DNA of 64,000 nt, taken from contig OX597820.1 of NCBI GenBank assembly GCA_951406725.2, positions 29,636,001-29,700,000 of the forward strand, in the 5' to 3' direction. The notes beneath the pieces were generated by a model. It ran no database searches. It saw nothing but the letters and a program-made list of their open reading frames with translations, and had not been told where the DNA came from. The position numbers and the translations under genes are program-made. The DNA is from Octopus vulgaris. Its lineage: Eukaryota. Shown one piece after another: positions 52,612-64,000 of the stretch; position 1 is the first letter of the stretch, and each line of letters starts with the position of its first letter.

Positions 52612-52740
52612 TAATCTCTGACGAAGCCTAGAGATATATACAAGTACCTCATGTTCATCTACCTATTACCTCAATCCACTTGAGTAATATAGGTAGAATG
52701 AGGTATTTTTATCTATTGGCTGAAACAGTTGTAACTTATT
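52612..52740 (+). ncRNA. Degenerate hammerhead-like motif with very long stem II
   Basis: CTGACGA (52618-52624), an AGCC...GGCT-closed ~95-nt hairpin, then GAAACAGTTGTA. Stem I is poorly paired. Confidence 0.45.
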
Positions 52741-52930
52741 TTACCAATTTATATTCATGTTTTTTATAATGATTACTGCTTATATATTACTACATTTTAT
52801 ATCTTATATGTAAAGAATTATATGCTATATGTAAGTTATTATAATTATCAGTTTAATAAATAAATAAGTTAACATTTTAATGTCCAAAAGGTGATGAACC
52901 ACCTATTGTTCTCCTCCATTTTCTTATTTG

Positions 52931-52978
<48 letters not shown>

Positions 52979-53344
52979 TAATAAATAAAATATATGCATA
53001 CATACAAACATATATGTACGTACCGACATCTACATGTATATATACATGCATATATAAATATATATACGTACAGGACACCACAAAAAGACGTAAAACTCAA
53101 CAGAAACGAAAACGGAAAAGCCATTTTGTTACAACAGAAGGACAGAGACGTGGAACAGGACGAGAACGAAAACGGGAAAAACATTATTTACAACAGAAAA
53201 ACAAGGTACAGGACATGCTACACAAGGAAAAATCCCCTTCATCAGCTGTCACTAGTAGACTTAAGCGTGTTTCGAAGGCAAGACAGGACACGACTCGTCA
53301 ATACTAGGCCTTCCTGCGAGAGAATTAAAATAAAATAACCTCGC

Positions 53345-53398
<54 letters not shown>

Positions 53399-55683
53399 AA
53401 GGTAGAACAGAAAGAACATAACAAACGGAAACCATCAAAATACAACATGCGGAAAAATAGACGATAGCACGACAAACGTCAATCAGGACAAAACCAAGAT
53501 ACACGGATCATTCGCAGCCGATAAACTCTTAATTAGAACGAGGGCAGCAAAGGATAGGACCTATAGAGAATCCACAAAATCCCTCATGGATTTTTAGACC
53601 ATGTTTCTTTACTTTCAGTATTCAATACCTGCCAGTGTCTACCTTTGCTTATCATCCTATTCGACTTCATTGTTGTAATTTTTACCGATGCAGACGTTTC
53701 CTCGGACTCCGTTACCTTTTACTTTACGTCACTGTAAACGTCATCGGGAATGGACCTGTGACGAGGCGGACAAATCGCAATGTCTACTAAATGTTTACCA
53801 TGAGGGTCTGAAACTTTTAAGCTCTGGTAAAGGAAGATGAATCATGTAGACACAAAATTCTATTAATATTTTGCATTCTCATCAACAGAAGTGAATGGGT
53901 GAATAATTTCCTTAATATTTTGGTGGCGGAAGCGTTGTTGGTATTTCTCAGGGTAAGGACTGCCTTAAATAACAAACAATATACGAGCTTATTACATGGT
54001 GCCATTACATGTTACTCAAAGGGCTAGAAACACCAGCCAAATCTCCCTTAATCTCTTCAAAACAGGAATGACACGCTGGATATAATCAGTCAATCCTAGA
54101 TCGGTGATAATGAAAATTTTAATTCCTTTAATTAATAATAATCCTGTTATCTGAGTGTCAATAACATGCTTACGTGTATTGTAGTTTTTAAGTAAATAAT
54201 TATAGATAAGCAATCTCATGATGAGTTGCTAATTCTTTTAATTCATGTTCTGTAATATTATAAAGTGCTGTGTCATCAGATGATATTTTCATCTATATTG
54301 TTAAACTACAAGATTTACAGTGCGAATTTCATTCTGGTAGCTGCCAAGTCCCCATAAAATGACGCCCTGCCTTTTTTTAAAAAAAAGAAACACGTTGTAT
54401 AATGCAGCCGCAGACATCTCTTTAGCCTTGCCACCTACCCCATCTCCAGCTTCGTCGTGACATACGGTCAGATCTGCAGATCTGACAACAGCCAATTTTA
54501 CCCCAAAAAGCGAGAAGCACGCACGCACGCACACAGTAGAACTGATTGCAGTGTGAGACTGGTACTATTTTTAACGACCTCGAATGGATGAAAAGCAAAG
54601 CTGATCTTGGTGATATTTGAACTCAGACAGACGGAACAAATACCGAAAAGCAATCCATCCAGGCTTTCTAGCGCCCGGGCCAATTTGTTGCCTATCGTCC
54701 TTAAACTATATTTGGAAAATCTCTACCTAAAGATCTGATCGTTTGAGACGACTGCGGATACTTAGTAACAACATATATAGAAGCTGTCAAAGAACGGCTG
54801 TTTGGTTGTCGGATGAAAAACGATGACTTGATCTAGCAGCTGTGAACAAGCGGTTCAAAATTTCAAGTACTGCTGAAGCTGTCTCAACCTGACTTGATAC
54901 AGATAGGAAGGTAGGCCTGAGAAGTTGATCTATCTTAACAGGTGACTTAGGAAATCCTCGTTAAAGAATTCACAAACGAGCAACGTGAAAGCTGCTATCT
55001 GGTCTTTAGGTCTGTTAGAAATTGCAGCCAAATCTCCCTCAAATCAGATTTTACAGTCTTAAAAATATAAGGACACCTTAGATTATGTTAATGTAACCTA
55101 TAAAACGAAATACGGTTAGGTACAGCTAGAAGACACTTGATGATAGATTTTCTCGTTGAAGAATGACTGCGATAAACAACTGCCACCCAAATAAAATCAC
55201 ACTGACCCAATTAGAAATAGCAAAATCTCTTTCAAATTACAACCCTACTGTTTAAAATCAATAGTGTAGCGTACAAAACTATAGCTAGCCGGATTTTACT
55301 AGCGAACAGTTTTAGATGCCGGTGGATTCGTGAGCGAACATTGGCACTCCTTCGTATACTTACCTCACTAATTCAGCGAAACATTCAGGTGGGGCAGGTG
55401 GAGGATGAGAGATGACGAGCGAGTTACACCAGTACTCTGGTGAGCAGACTGGAGCTGCGTGAAATAGGGTACTTTGTTTCAACGACACAATACACCATAT
55501 GTTCAAGAATTCGAACTCAAGATCTCATAATAGCGAACCAAACACCAAAACCTCGAAAGCACGCACCTTCACTAAATGGATAACGTAATCTAGGAGAAAT
55601 AACTTGGGCGGGATGATCATGGCTGGAAAGTCAGTGTCTAAAGTCTACTCGATCAGAGACGAGGCCTGAAGATAACTAGGTCC

Positions 55684-55800
55684 TACTTTAGCGCGCGGTC
55701 TACAGTTGTATTCGAAGTCTACGCTGTGAAACGACCCGAACTAGATAATGGTTAGGGTTAGGGTTAAATTGCGCGCTAAAGTATAAATGGCCAGATAGAC
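55684..55800 (+). mobile_element. Short copy of the (TTAGGG)n-core element
   Basis: 13-bp IR TACTTTAGCGCGC / GCGCGCTAAAGTA flanks GGTTAGGGTTAGGGTTA. Internal and 3' sequences align with the reverse complement of 22550-22810. Confidence 0.65.
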
Positions 55801-57054
55801 AGTACGCTGAAGTAACATCAATAAATGACCGTAACGTTTTCGAAAAATCGCAAAGAAAGATGTATTTTTTAATAAAACAAATTGCGTAATAATATTGATT
55901 TTTCATCGACTGGACACGATGTTACTTTTGGAGAAGAAAGCTGGTGGAGCGGTCACAGTTGACTGAATAGAATTAAAACCATTGTTTCAAGTGAAACAAT
56001 GGTTATTACATCAGGAGTAAACTACTAATCGTCGATCGGCTTCATTAACCCTGGTCATCGAGAAAAGTGATGTTAGTATTACGTTCCTATATTTGGTAAT
56101 ATCTAGCAAGGCCGGAAATAAAAATTATTGGGAATAGCAACGAGCGGAAATAGAAACGTTATCACAGTGGGTTTGTCGACCTCACGACACTCACCCACAT
56201 TCTTTCACCTGTGAGCTTATTCATATTTATACACATAGCTCAATAATGCACTTCCAGACAATCTCACTGACTCACATTCCACATTCTCCCACATGGTTTT
56301 TTTTTTTTTATCTCTATTTATCTTATTTTATCATAACTTTATGCTTATTTTTAAGAGAAATAATTACTTCCAAATTTGGAAAGAGAGAAATTACTAAGCG
56401 GAACCAAGGAATTATTTTTATTTATGTCAGTATGAATCGAATAAACTTTCTGTGTATGTGTGTTTATTTATGTATATATATACACACACGCACATATACG
56501 TACGTATATGTGCGTGTGTGTACATGTGTATATCTTTTACATTTTACTTGTTTCAATCATGACACTCTGACCATGCAGGGGCACGGCCTCGGAGAAATTT
56601 TTTTTAGTCGAACAAATCGGCTTCACTACTTATTCTATCAATCTCTATTCCCAAGCCGATAAGTTACGAAGACGTAAACACACCAACACTGGTTGTCAAG
56701 CAGTGGTGGGGGACTTTGCCTTTCATCCTTTTGGGGGGTCGATAAAATAATTACCAATGGAGCAGTGGGGTCTATGTATACTCCTGGGTATGAGTATAGA
56801 AAACTGCCCCCCTCTGCCAATCAATGCCGAGCCAGTGTGGTAGAGTAGGCGCATCAAACCAGTATGATCTCCGGCTCAAATCAACGGCCTCCGTATCGGA
56901 CTGTGGTTGGTGGAGAAAACATCCTGAGGCCTTTGTCCTGCAGTGAACTGAACATAGGTAATCCAATCCAATCCAATAAGACAGTCATCCTGTACTTTAT
57001 GTTAAACTCTTAGTATTTCTCTTTAACTGTTACACTCTACATCCCTTTCTACAC

Positions 57055-57713
57055 CAGTGGGTCTCAAACTTTTTCAAGCTGCCGCCCCCTTGACACTCTG
57101 GTCACATTCCTAGCGTCCCCTCTCCAACTAACCATCACAAACACTGACCTCTTTCTGAAGCAAATTCGAAGCAACTGTATCTGAAAAATAAAACTTGACT
57201 TAATGAACCCATTATTCTGTAGTTTTTACATGAATCACCACCCCATTATCGCCCCAATTTTTACATGAATCGCTACCCCATTATCGACCCAATTTTTACA
57301 TGAATCGCTACCCCATTATCGACCCAATTTTTACATGAATCGCTACCCCATTATCGACCCACTTTATACATGAATCGCTACCCCATTTATCGCCCCAATT
57401 TTTACATGAATCGCTACCCCATTATCTCCCCAATTTTTACATGAATCGCTACCGCATTATCACCCCAGTTTTTACATGAATCACTACCCCATTATCGCCC
57501 CACTTTTTACATGAATCGCTACCCCGTTATCGCCCTACTTTTGACATGAATCGCTACTCCATTATCGCCCTACTTTGTATATGAATCGCTAATCCATTAT
57601 CGCCCTACTTTGTATATGAATCACTACCCCATTATCGCCCAACTTTTCTTCAACGCCCCTTGGAACTTTGAACTGCCCCCAGGGGGCATTATCACCCACT
57701 TTGGAAACCACTG
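57055..57713. mobile_element. hAT (Charlie-like) non-autonomous element carrying a 35-bp minisatellite
   Basis: Termini CAGTGGGTCTCAAA / TTTGGAAACCACTG; 8-bp TSD TTCTACAC / CTCTACAC; ~12 copies of TTTTACATGAATCGCTACCCCATTATCGCCCCAAT (57223-57645). Confidence 0.9.
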
Positions 57714-57819
57714 CTCTACACGATGTAAAACGTCATTGGAGAAACCAACCAACCAACCAACCAACCATATTAGCTTTTACTACATACATACATACATATA
57801 TATATATATGTGTGTTTTC

Positions 57820-58750
57820 TTTTTGAGGCGCAACAGATCTGGTTTTTCCAGATTTCTTGAAAATGGCTGGCTTCAGGTATCCGGTGATACTTGAGGGACG
57901 TTCCCCCCCCAAGTGTCACTCGTGCCTGCAGCCAGGCCACATTAAAAGGAACTGCCCCCAGGACCATGGTAAGGTCCTGGAACAATCACTAGATGCCACC
58001 TCCCCTACCCGGTCAAAGGGAGAGGTGTATGTGGTCGAGGAGGCTTCAGCCTCCTCAACTAAAAAAGGATTAAAAAGGAAGGCGGTTGCCCGCCGAAGGA
58101 ACCTAAGGCTTCGGGAGGCGGTGGAGAGTCTCCGGACAAAGCGGAAGAGCTCCACTCTCCCGAAGTCTGGAAGAAAAGAAAAAAAAGAAGGAAGAAGAAA
58201 GGGTCATCTCAGCGGGGAGATGATGTGCCGTCTGCATGTCCCGAAGTTGTGCCACCCACGGTGGAAGAAACCACCCCACCCTTAAAGATGATCAATTAAT
58301 TATCCTTTTCTATAAAGGCGGGGAGGTGGAAAAATAGTAGAAGAACATAAAGAGACAGTAGATATGCCCTTCACACGGGATCCCGAATGGCCCCTGCAGA
58401 TAGCTGTGGCGGTCATAAGGTTTCCCTTGTGGGAAAGGCTTAAAGGATTTGGGGAGGAGTGTCGCATATGGCCGGGTGGCCTTTACACGACTTACATGTC
58501 CTACATGAGTGAGGCATGGGAAATGGCGGGATACAGGAACTCAAGTGGCATTGGAGATAATGATGAATATATCGAAGAGTAGGAGGTGAAAGACCCTCGT
58601 TATAGGGTTTGAAACCTCATCTTATTGTATTATTTGTAGTGGTTTATAACCTCAATTGTGTGTTTAAAAAAAAAAACATGTTAAGTAAGAGGTTTTAGTG
58701 CCTCCTTCTTGTAAGAGGTTTGAAACCTCATATTGATTTTTAAAAAAAGA
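57820..58750 (+). mobile_element. gag/ORF1-like zinc-knuckle retroelement remnant (L1/Tx1-like)
   Basis: Translates VILEGRSPPKCHSCLQPGHIKRNCP (CX2CX4HX4C). GC-richer than the flanks; the 3' region has GAGGTTTGAAACCTC hairpins and A-runs. Confidence 0.65.
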
Positions 58751-58900
58751 AAATATGTTTTCGAGAAAAATCAATCGGCGGGTGTTGGGTTTCGTCTCTC
58801 ATTTATTCATTCTATTTCATTTTCATTCATTAATGTGTTTGTCCAGCCCGCAAAGCTACACACTCTTTGTACTGTCTATGATGACAAATTTTATGAAATA

Positions 58901-59039
58901 AAGTAGCTTGCTTACCAACCACATGGTTCCGGGTTCAGTCCCATTGCGTTGCACCTTGTGCAAGTGTCTTCTACTATAGCCACGGGCCGACCAAAGCCTT
59001 GTGAGTGGATTTGGTAGACGGAAACTGAAAGAAGCCCGT

Positions 59040-59119
<80 letters not shown>

Positions 59120-59358
59120 TGTATGTATGTATGTATGTGTGTGTGTGTTTGTGTTTGTCCTCCCAACATCGCTTGACAAATTATGCTGGTGTGTTTACGT
59201 CCCCGTAACTTAGCGGTTCGGCAAAAAGAGACCGATAAAATAAGTACTAGGCTTACAAAGAATAAGTCCTGGGGTCGATTTGCTCGACTAAAGGTGGTGC
59301 TCCAGGATGGCCACAGTCAAATGACTGAAACAAGTAAAAGAGCAAAAGAGTAAAGAGT
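58901..59358 (+). mobile_element. Family A SINE
   Basis: Slightly 5'-truncated head, microsatellite and full tail. Confidence 0.9.
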
Positions 59359-60049
59359 ACATCAATACGAGTGTATGAATGCATTTAGGCAGCGAACTGG
59401 CAGAATCGTTAGCACGCCGGAAAAAAAAAAGCTTAGTGGCATTTCATCCGTCTTCAAGTTCTGAGTTCAAATTCTGCCGAGGTCGACTTTGCCCTTTATT
59501 CTTTCGGAGTCGCCAAAATAAATACCAGTTAAGCACTGGAATCGACTAAACCATCTCCCGAACCTGCTTGCAGTGTACCGAAATTTAAAACCAATACGAG
59601 CGTATGCCTTTTTCTTTGCATGCGTGCATACGTGCGTGTGCTTGTGTATTCGCATTCACACATTCGAAGTTATGTCTTCCATATTTCCGCTCTTCCATAT
59701 TTCCGCTACTGTAAGCAACTATTCCCCTATTTGACGAAGTTTTTCTACCTCTGTATGTTACATTCCAGATTACTTACGACACCTCTCCATTCACTTGTTC
59801 ATTTATTTTATTATTGCTGTTGTTGTTGTTGTCGTTACTGTTTTTTGCTGTTGCTTTAACGTTCTTGATCTTAAGTTCACTTTAAGGCGGACATATTTGT
59901 TTGTTATGTCGAAACTAAATCTCACCATATTTGGAACAGATATCCTTTTTTGATTAAAACTCCATCTTGCACACAGCTTCTACGTCCTTTACTCTCTCCC
60001 TCCTCGAATACATACATACATACATACATACATACATACATACATACAT

Positions 60050-60114
<65 letters not shown>

Positions 60115-60199
60115 TATTTGTATTCCTGATTTTATCTAACACTATTCATACCCCTATCTCTACATCTCTCAATGTCTCTTAAATTACATTTTTAAAACA

Positions 60200-60250
<51 letters not shown>

Positions 60251-60761
60251 ATATATATATATATATATAATGTGTATGTGTGTGTCAATTTTTATAGCTA
60301 GCGAGCTATATAGACAGATTATTGTCTGTCTGTCTGAATCTGTGTCTTTGTGCCTGTATTTGTACTCCCACTACCTATTTGACAACTGGTGCTGGTTTGT
60401 TTACTTAGTAGTTCGGTAAAAACAAAAGTTAATAGAATAAGTACCAGGCTTTTAAAAAGAGCCTTTCAAGTCGTTGCTCCAGCATGATACAATGACTGAA
60501 ACAAGTAAAAGATAAAAGCTACTGGATTAAAACAAAACACAACCAACGTATCTCTCGTTGATAAATATAAAGTATTTCATCAAATGCTTTACTGTTGGTG
60601 GAAATTTACCCATTTTTAACATAGGTAGTAAATAAGTCTCCCTGTTTATTACTGTCTCAAGTCCTAGGACCCACAGCACCGATGACCTCGTTTCCATGGC
60701 GTATAAAAGTGTCCTTCTCGAGCCCTGTGGTCTGATAAGGGCCGGTTTCATGGTTTCGGTT

Positions 60762-60817
<56 letters not shown>

Positions 60818-61335
60818 TTATTTATTTATTTATTTATTCCCTGAACGGGACGCCGGTCAATCGCTGGAATACTTATTTTTGCCAGTTGAGTGAACGGTAG
60901 CATAGTTGAGTGAACTGTAGCACAGCGCGTCGCCCGATCCAGGAATTGAAACCTCAATCTTATGATCACAAGTCCAACACCCTAACAACTAAGCCAAGCG
61001 TATAAGTGACCGATATTACAATATTACACTCTCGCAGGGTGACTTGTTTACAGCAGGGCAACGTAAAATGAAGTTGCTTTGCTCAAGAACAGAACGCGCT
61101 GCCCGTGATTGCGAGTGGAACATCCTAACCACTCGGCCACGCGCGTTCACTAAGATAGGTACAAGATTACATATTGTGTAGGAGGGGTGTATGGTCTATT
61201 AGATTGATGCTAGTACTTTACTTGTACCTACTACCGATATAAGGAACGTAACCAAATATTTTGTTATTAATTGTCTGTAACTGTACTTATTCTACGAATT
61301 TACTGTCATCTTGGTTTCTTAAGTGTAATAATAAT

Positions 61336-61433
<98 letters not shown>

Positions 61434-61783
61434 CAACAATAATAACGGTATCTTTATTTGCTCTTGTTTCTTGGGTATAAAGTGAGGAAAAAGAAAAGTG
61501 ACCCATTGCAAATGAACGCATAAATAAATAAATAAATAAATAAATAAAAAGTAAATAAATATACATTCAAACAAACGTATGAGTATGTTTTACCGTTTGG
61601 GTGTGTCATATGAAATAAATATATATGCGCGCGCGTGTGTTTGTATGTAAGTATGTATGTGTGGGTGTGTGTGCGGGTGTGTGTACATATACATACAAAT
61701 ATAGATATATCTATATGCACACACACACACACACCCACACACACACACTAACACATACACATACATATGCATGCATACATACA

Positions 61784-61819
<36 letters not shown>

Positions 61820-62264
61820 TTCGTATCTGTTTGTGTGGGTGTCTTTTTAACTTATAAAAGAAAAGAAAAAAGCCACGCCTCGGATAACCATCATTGGCTG
61901 ATGAGATAATACTTTAAAAAATTAATAGATTACAAATAAAATAACGTTGGAAAATAAACGGCCGGTGTAGGGAAGGAATTCCTTTAGATCCGTTAGATTC
62001 CTTTGGATGGTATCTCAGGCGGGATCAGCCATAATAGAACACAAGTTAGTATTCTTTGTAAAGTAATGAATTTGCTACCCCCAGTCTCTTGACTTCAAGT
62101 GTTAGCGAAGTCGACTCAATTTATTATAGTCATATAAAAGGCGGCGATTTGGGAAAATTCTTTTAAACGTCAGAAAAATGCATTGAGTTTATTTGTCCTG
62201 GCCGTTTATGTTCTAGTTCAATCCCCGCAGAAGTCAACTATGTCCTTCGATATACTAAGTACCA

Positions 62265-62608
62265 TACATTTTTATATTAGAGAGACGAGGAATTATGTAC
62301 ATTATTTACATTATTTATAATTGACAGATATTCGTCCTCAAATTGTATGTTGTTATATGGCGTAGTGGTTAAGAGCGCGGGCAACTAACCCCAAGATTTC
62401 GAGTTCGATTCCAGGCAGTGACCTGAATAATAATAATGATGATGATGATAATAACAACAACAACAACATCGAAAAATACCTTAGGAATGAGAGCCCAGGT
62501 TCGAAATTTCCCCCAAGACACCTGATGAAGGCTGGAGGGTATATCAGCCAAAATATTGTGTTAACAATAAACAAGATGAGGAAGAATATCCGTCAATTGT
62601 AAATAATG
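62265..62608 (+). mobile_element. tRNA-headed SINE-like element with a hammerhead motif and inverted terminal duplication
   Basis: A box TGGCGTAGTGG (62358-62368), B box GAGTTCGATTCC (62401-62412), HHR motif 62517-62562, 49-bp IR at 62307-62355 / 62562-62610, and flanking TATACTAAGTACCA duplicated at 62251 and 62609. Confidence 0.8.
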
Positions 62609-62739
62609 TATACTAAGTACCAGTTGTACACAGGGATTGATGTAATCGAATAGTCTCCTACCTCAAAATTTCAAACCTTGTGCCTATAGTAGAAAGGATC
62701 AGTATCCTTATGAAGATAACGAACACACAAGACAAAATG

Positions 62740-63073
62740 TTTAACGACATCTCATCTGATTTTACATTCTGAATTCAAATACCGCCGAGGTCAGCTTTGT
62801 TTTTCATTCTTTCCGGATCGATAAAATAAATACCAGTCGAGTACTGATGTCGAGGCAATCGACTAGCCTCTTCTCACCAAATTTCAGGCCTTGTGCTTAT
62901 AGAAGAAAAAAACGTATTATTGGCCTTATAAAGAGGTGGTGAATTGGCAGAATCGTTAGCACGCCGGACAAAATGCTTAGCGGCATTGCTTCTGGGTTTA
63001 TGTTCTGAGTTCAAATGCAGCAAAGGTCAACTTAGCCTTTCATCTTTTCGGTGTCGATAAAATAAGTACCAGT
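62740..63073 (+). mobile_element. Tandem family B SINE units
   Basis: Two diverged units. A further copy at 62139-62700 hosts the HHR element. Confidence 0.8.
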
Positions 63074-63717
63074 TTCATGGATAGCTGTCCGCTGTTAAGA
63101 AACTATTCTCACGTCCTTGGCTGGCGTTATAGCCTTTATCGTCTCCCGATTCAGTATGGTGCAGATCGTAGAAGTGCTACGCTTGTATGCTTCGCCATAT
63201 CAACTACACGCACACCTTGGTTATGTTTTTCATTAATTTCTTTCTTTAATTCACTGCACATCATCCGCTTCTTCTTCTTACCACTGTCCTAGCACTCACT
63301 TTCTTCGGACCCATGGCTGGAAGTTTTGCAAAATAACTGCAAGCACAATTGTGAGCAGAACACTGATGCTTCTGAAGCCTGCAACGATTAAGTAAGCATT
63401 TTACCACCCGTCTAGATAACGACCCACTAACGATTTTTGCACTTGCTAACACGCAAGTCTGTCTAGCTATCGATCTACTAATGATCTTCGCACTAGCTAA
63501 CGAGCATATCTGTCTAGCTATCGAGTGAGACACGGGATGCTGGGCAGGTGTTACGTCATTCACTGTGGCGTTCGCTACGCCAACTAGTGGTGGGGTATGT
63601 GAAGCTGGCTCGTAACCTGAATTTTTGCTCGCAACTCAAAGCAAAACATCGGCCGAGTGACGGCTCGTATCTCGAAAAACTCGTCTGTCGGGACACTCGT
63701 GAGTCAAGGTATCACAA
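63073..63717 (-). mobile_element. pogo/Tigger 5' fragment, second copy
   Basis: Reverse complement of 27853-28770 without the Helitron; MGPKKVSA start; terminus GAGTCAAGGTATCAC. Confidence 0.9.
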
Positions 63718-63760
63718 ATACACATTCGAAAACAACCTTAATTCAAAATACCAGTGTATG

Positions 63761-63803
<43 letters not shown>

Positions 63804-63857
63804 TATTGGTGAATTGAAGAAATGGAGCTGAACGAAGATTGAACAGAAATCGTTTTA

Positions 63858-63946
63858 TTTCATTCTACACGTGTTTCGAAAGGCACAATTTACCAAAATC
63901 CGATTGAATAATGAGACCATATTGTGTCTTTCTCTTCAGGAAGAAA
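63858..63946 (-). ncRNA. Type-I hammerhead ribozyme with canonical core
   Basis: TTTCTTC-CTGAAGA-GAAAGACACAAT...ATTGTGCCTTTC-GAAA-CACGTGT-A-GAATGAAA: stem I 7 bp with one bulge, stem II 11/12 bp, palindromic ACACGTGT stem III, GUA triplet. Confidence 0.75.
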
Positions 63947-64000
63947 TAGGAAATCCGTTGGAAAAAACAAAAACAGAACAGAGGCGCAGCAAAACAAATC

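Noticed and set aside
53640-53790. Possible short minus-strand exon (ATGAAGTCG...AAAG|GTAGAC)
   Set aside because: Weak donor, only ~9 codons, and no supporting downstream exons.
57223-57645. 35-bp periodic array resembling CRISPR
   Set aside because: The units are contiguous with no unique spacers, no cas genes are present, the context is eukaryotic, and the array sits inside a hAT MITE.

Overview
This is eukaryotic, AT-rich and microsatellite-saturated DNA. Its SINE/LINE families look like those of an octopus (coleoid cephalopod); that assignment is an inference. The only host gene I can support is the first coding exon of an actin gene (minus strand, 973-1095), with an intron running off the left edge and a compact CArG/TATA-like/Inr promoter. 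The remaining ~62 kb upstream is a gene-poor transposon graveyard: several tRNA-derived SINE families; RTE, CR1/L2-like, R4/Dong-like and Penelope-like retroelement fragments; hAT, pogo/Tigger and mariner fossils; and three non-autonomous Helitrons. Nearly all ORFs in the track are microsatellite artefacts. The most notable signal is a set of minimal type-I hammerhead-ribozyme motifs in Penelope-like repeats. One has a fully canonical core (63858-63946), two share an unusual CUGUNGA core (38983, 52395), and one sits in a tRNA-headed SINE-like element with Penelope-style inverted termini and a 14-bp duplication (62265-62608). All alignments and folds were done by eye, so element boundaries are approximate unless defined by a TSD or terminus.
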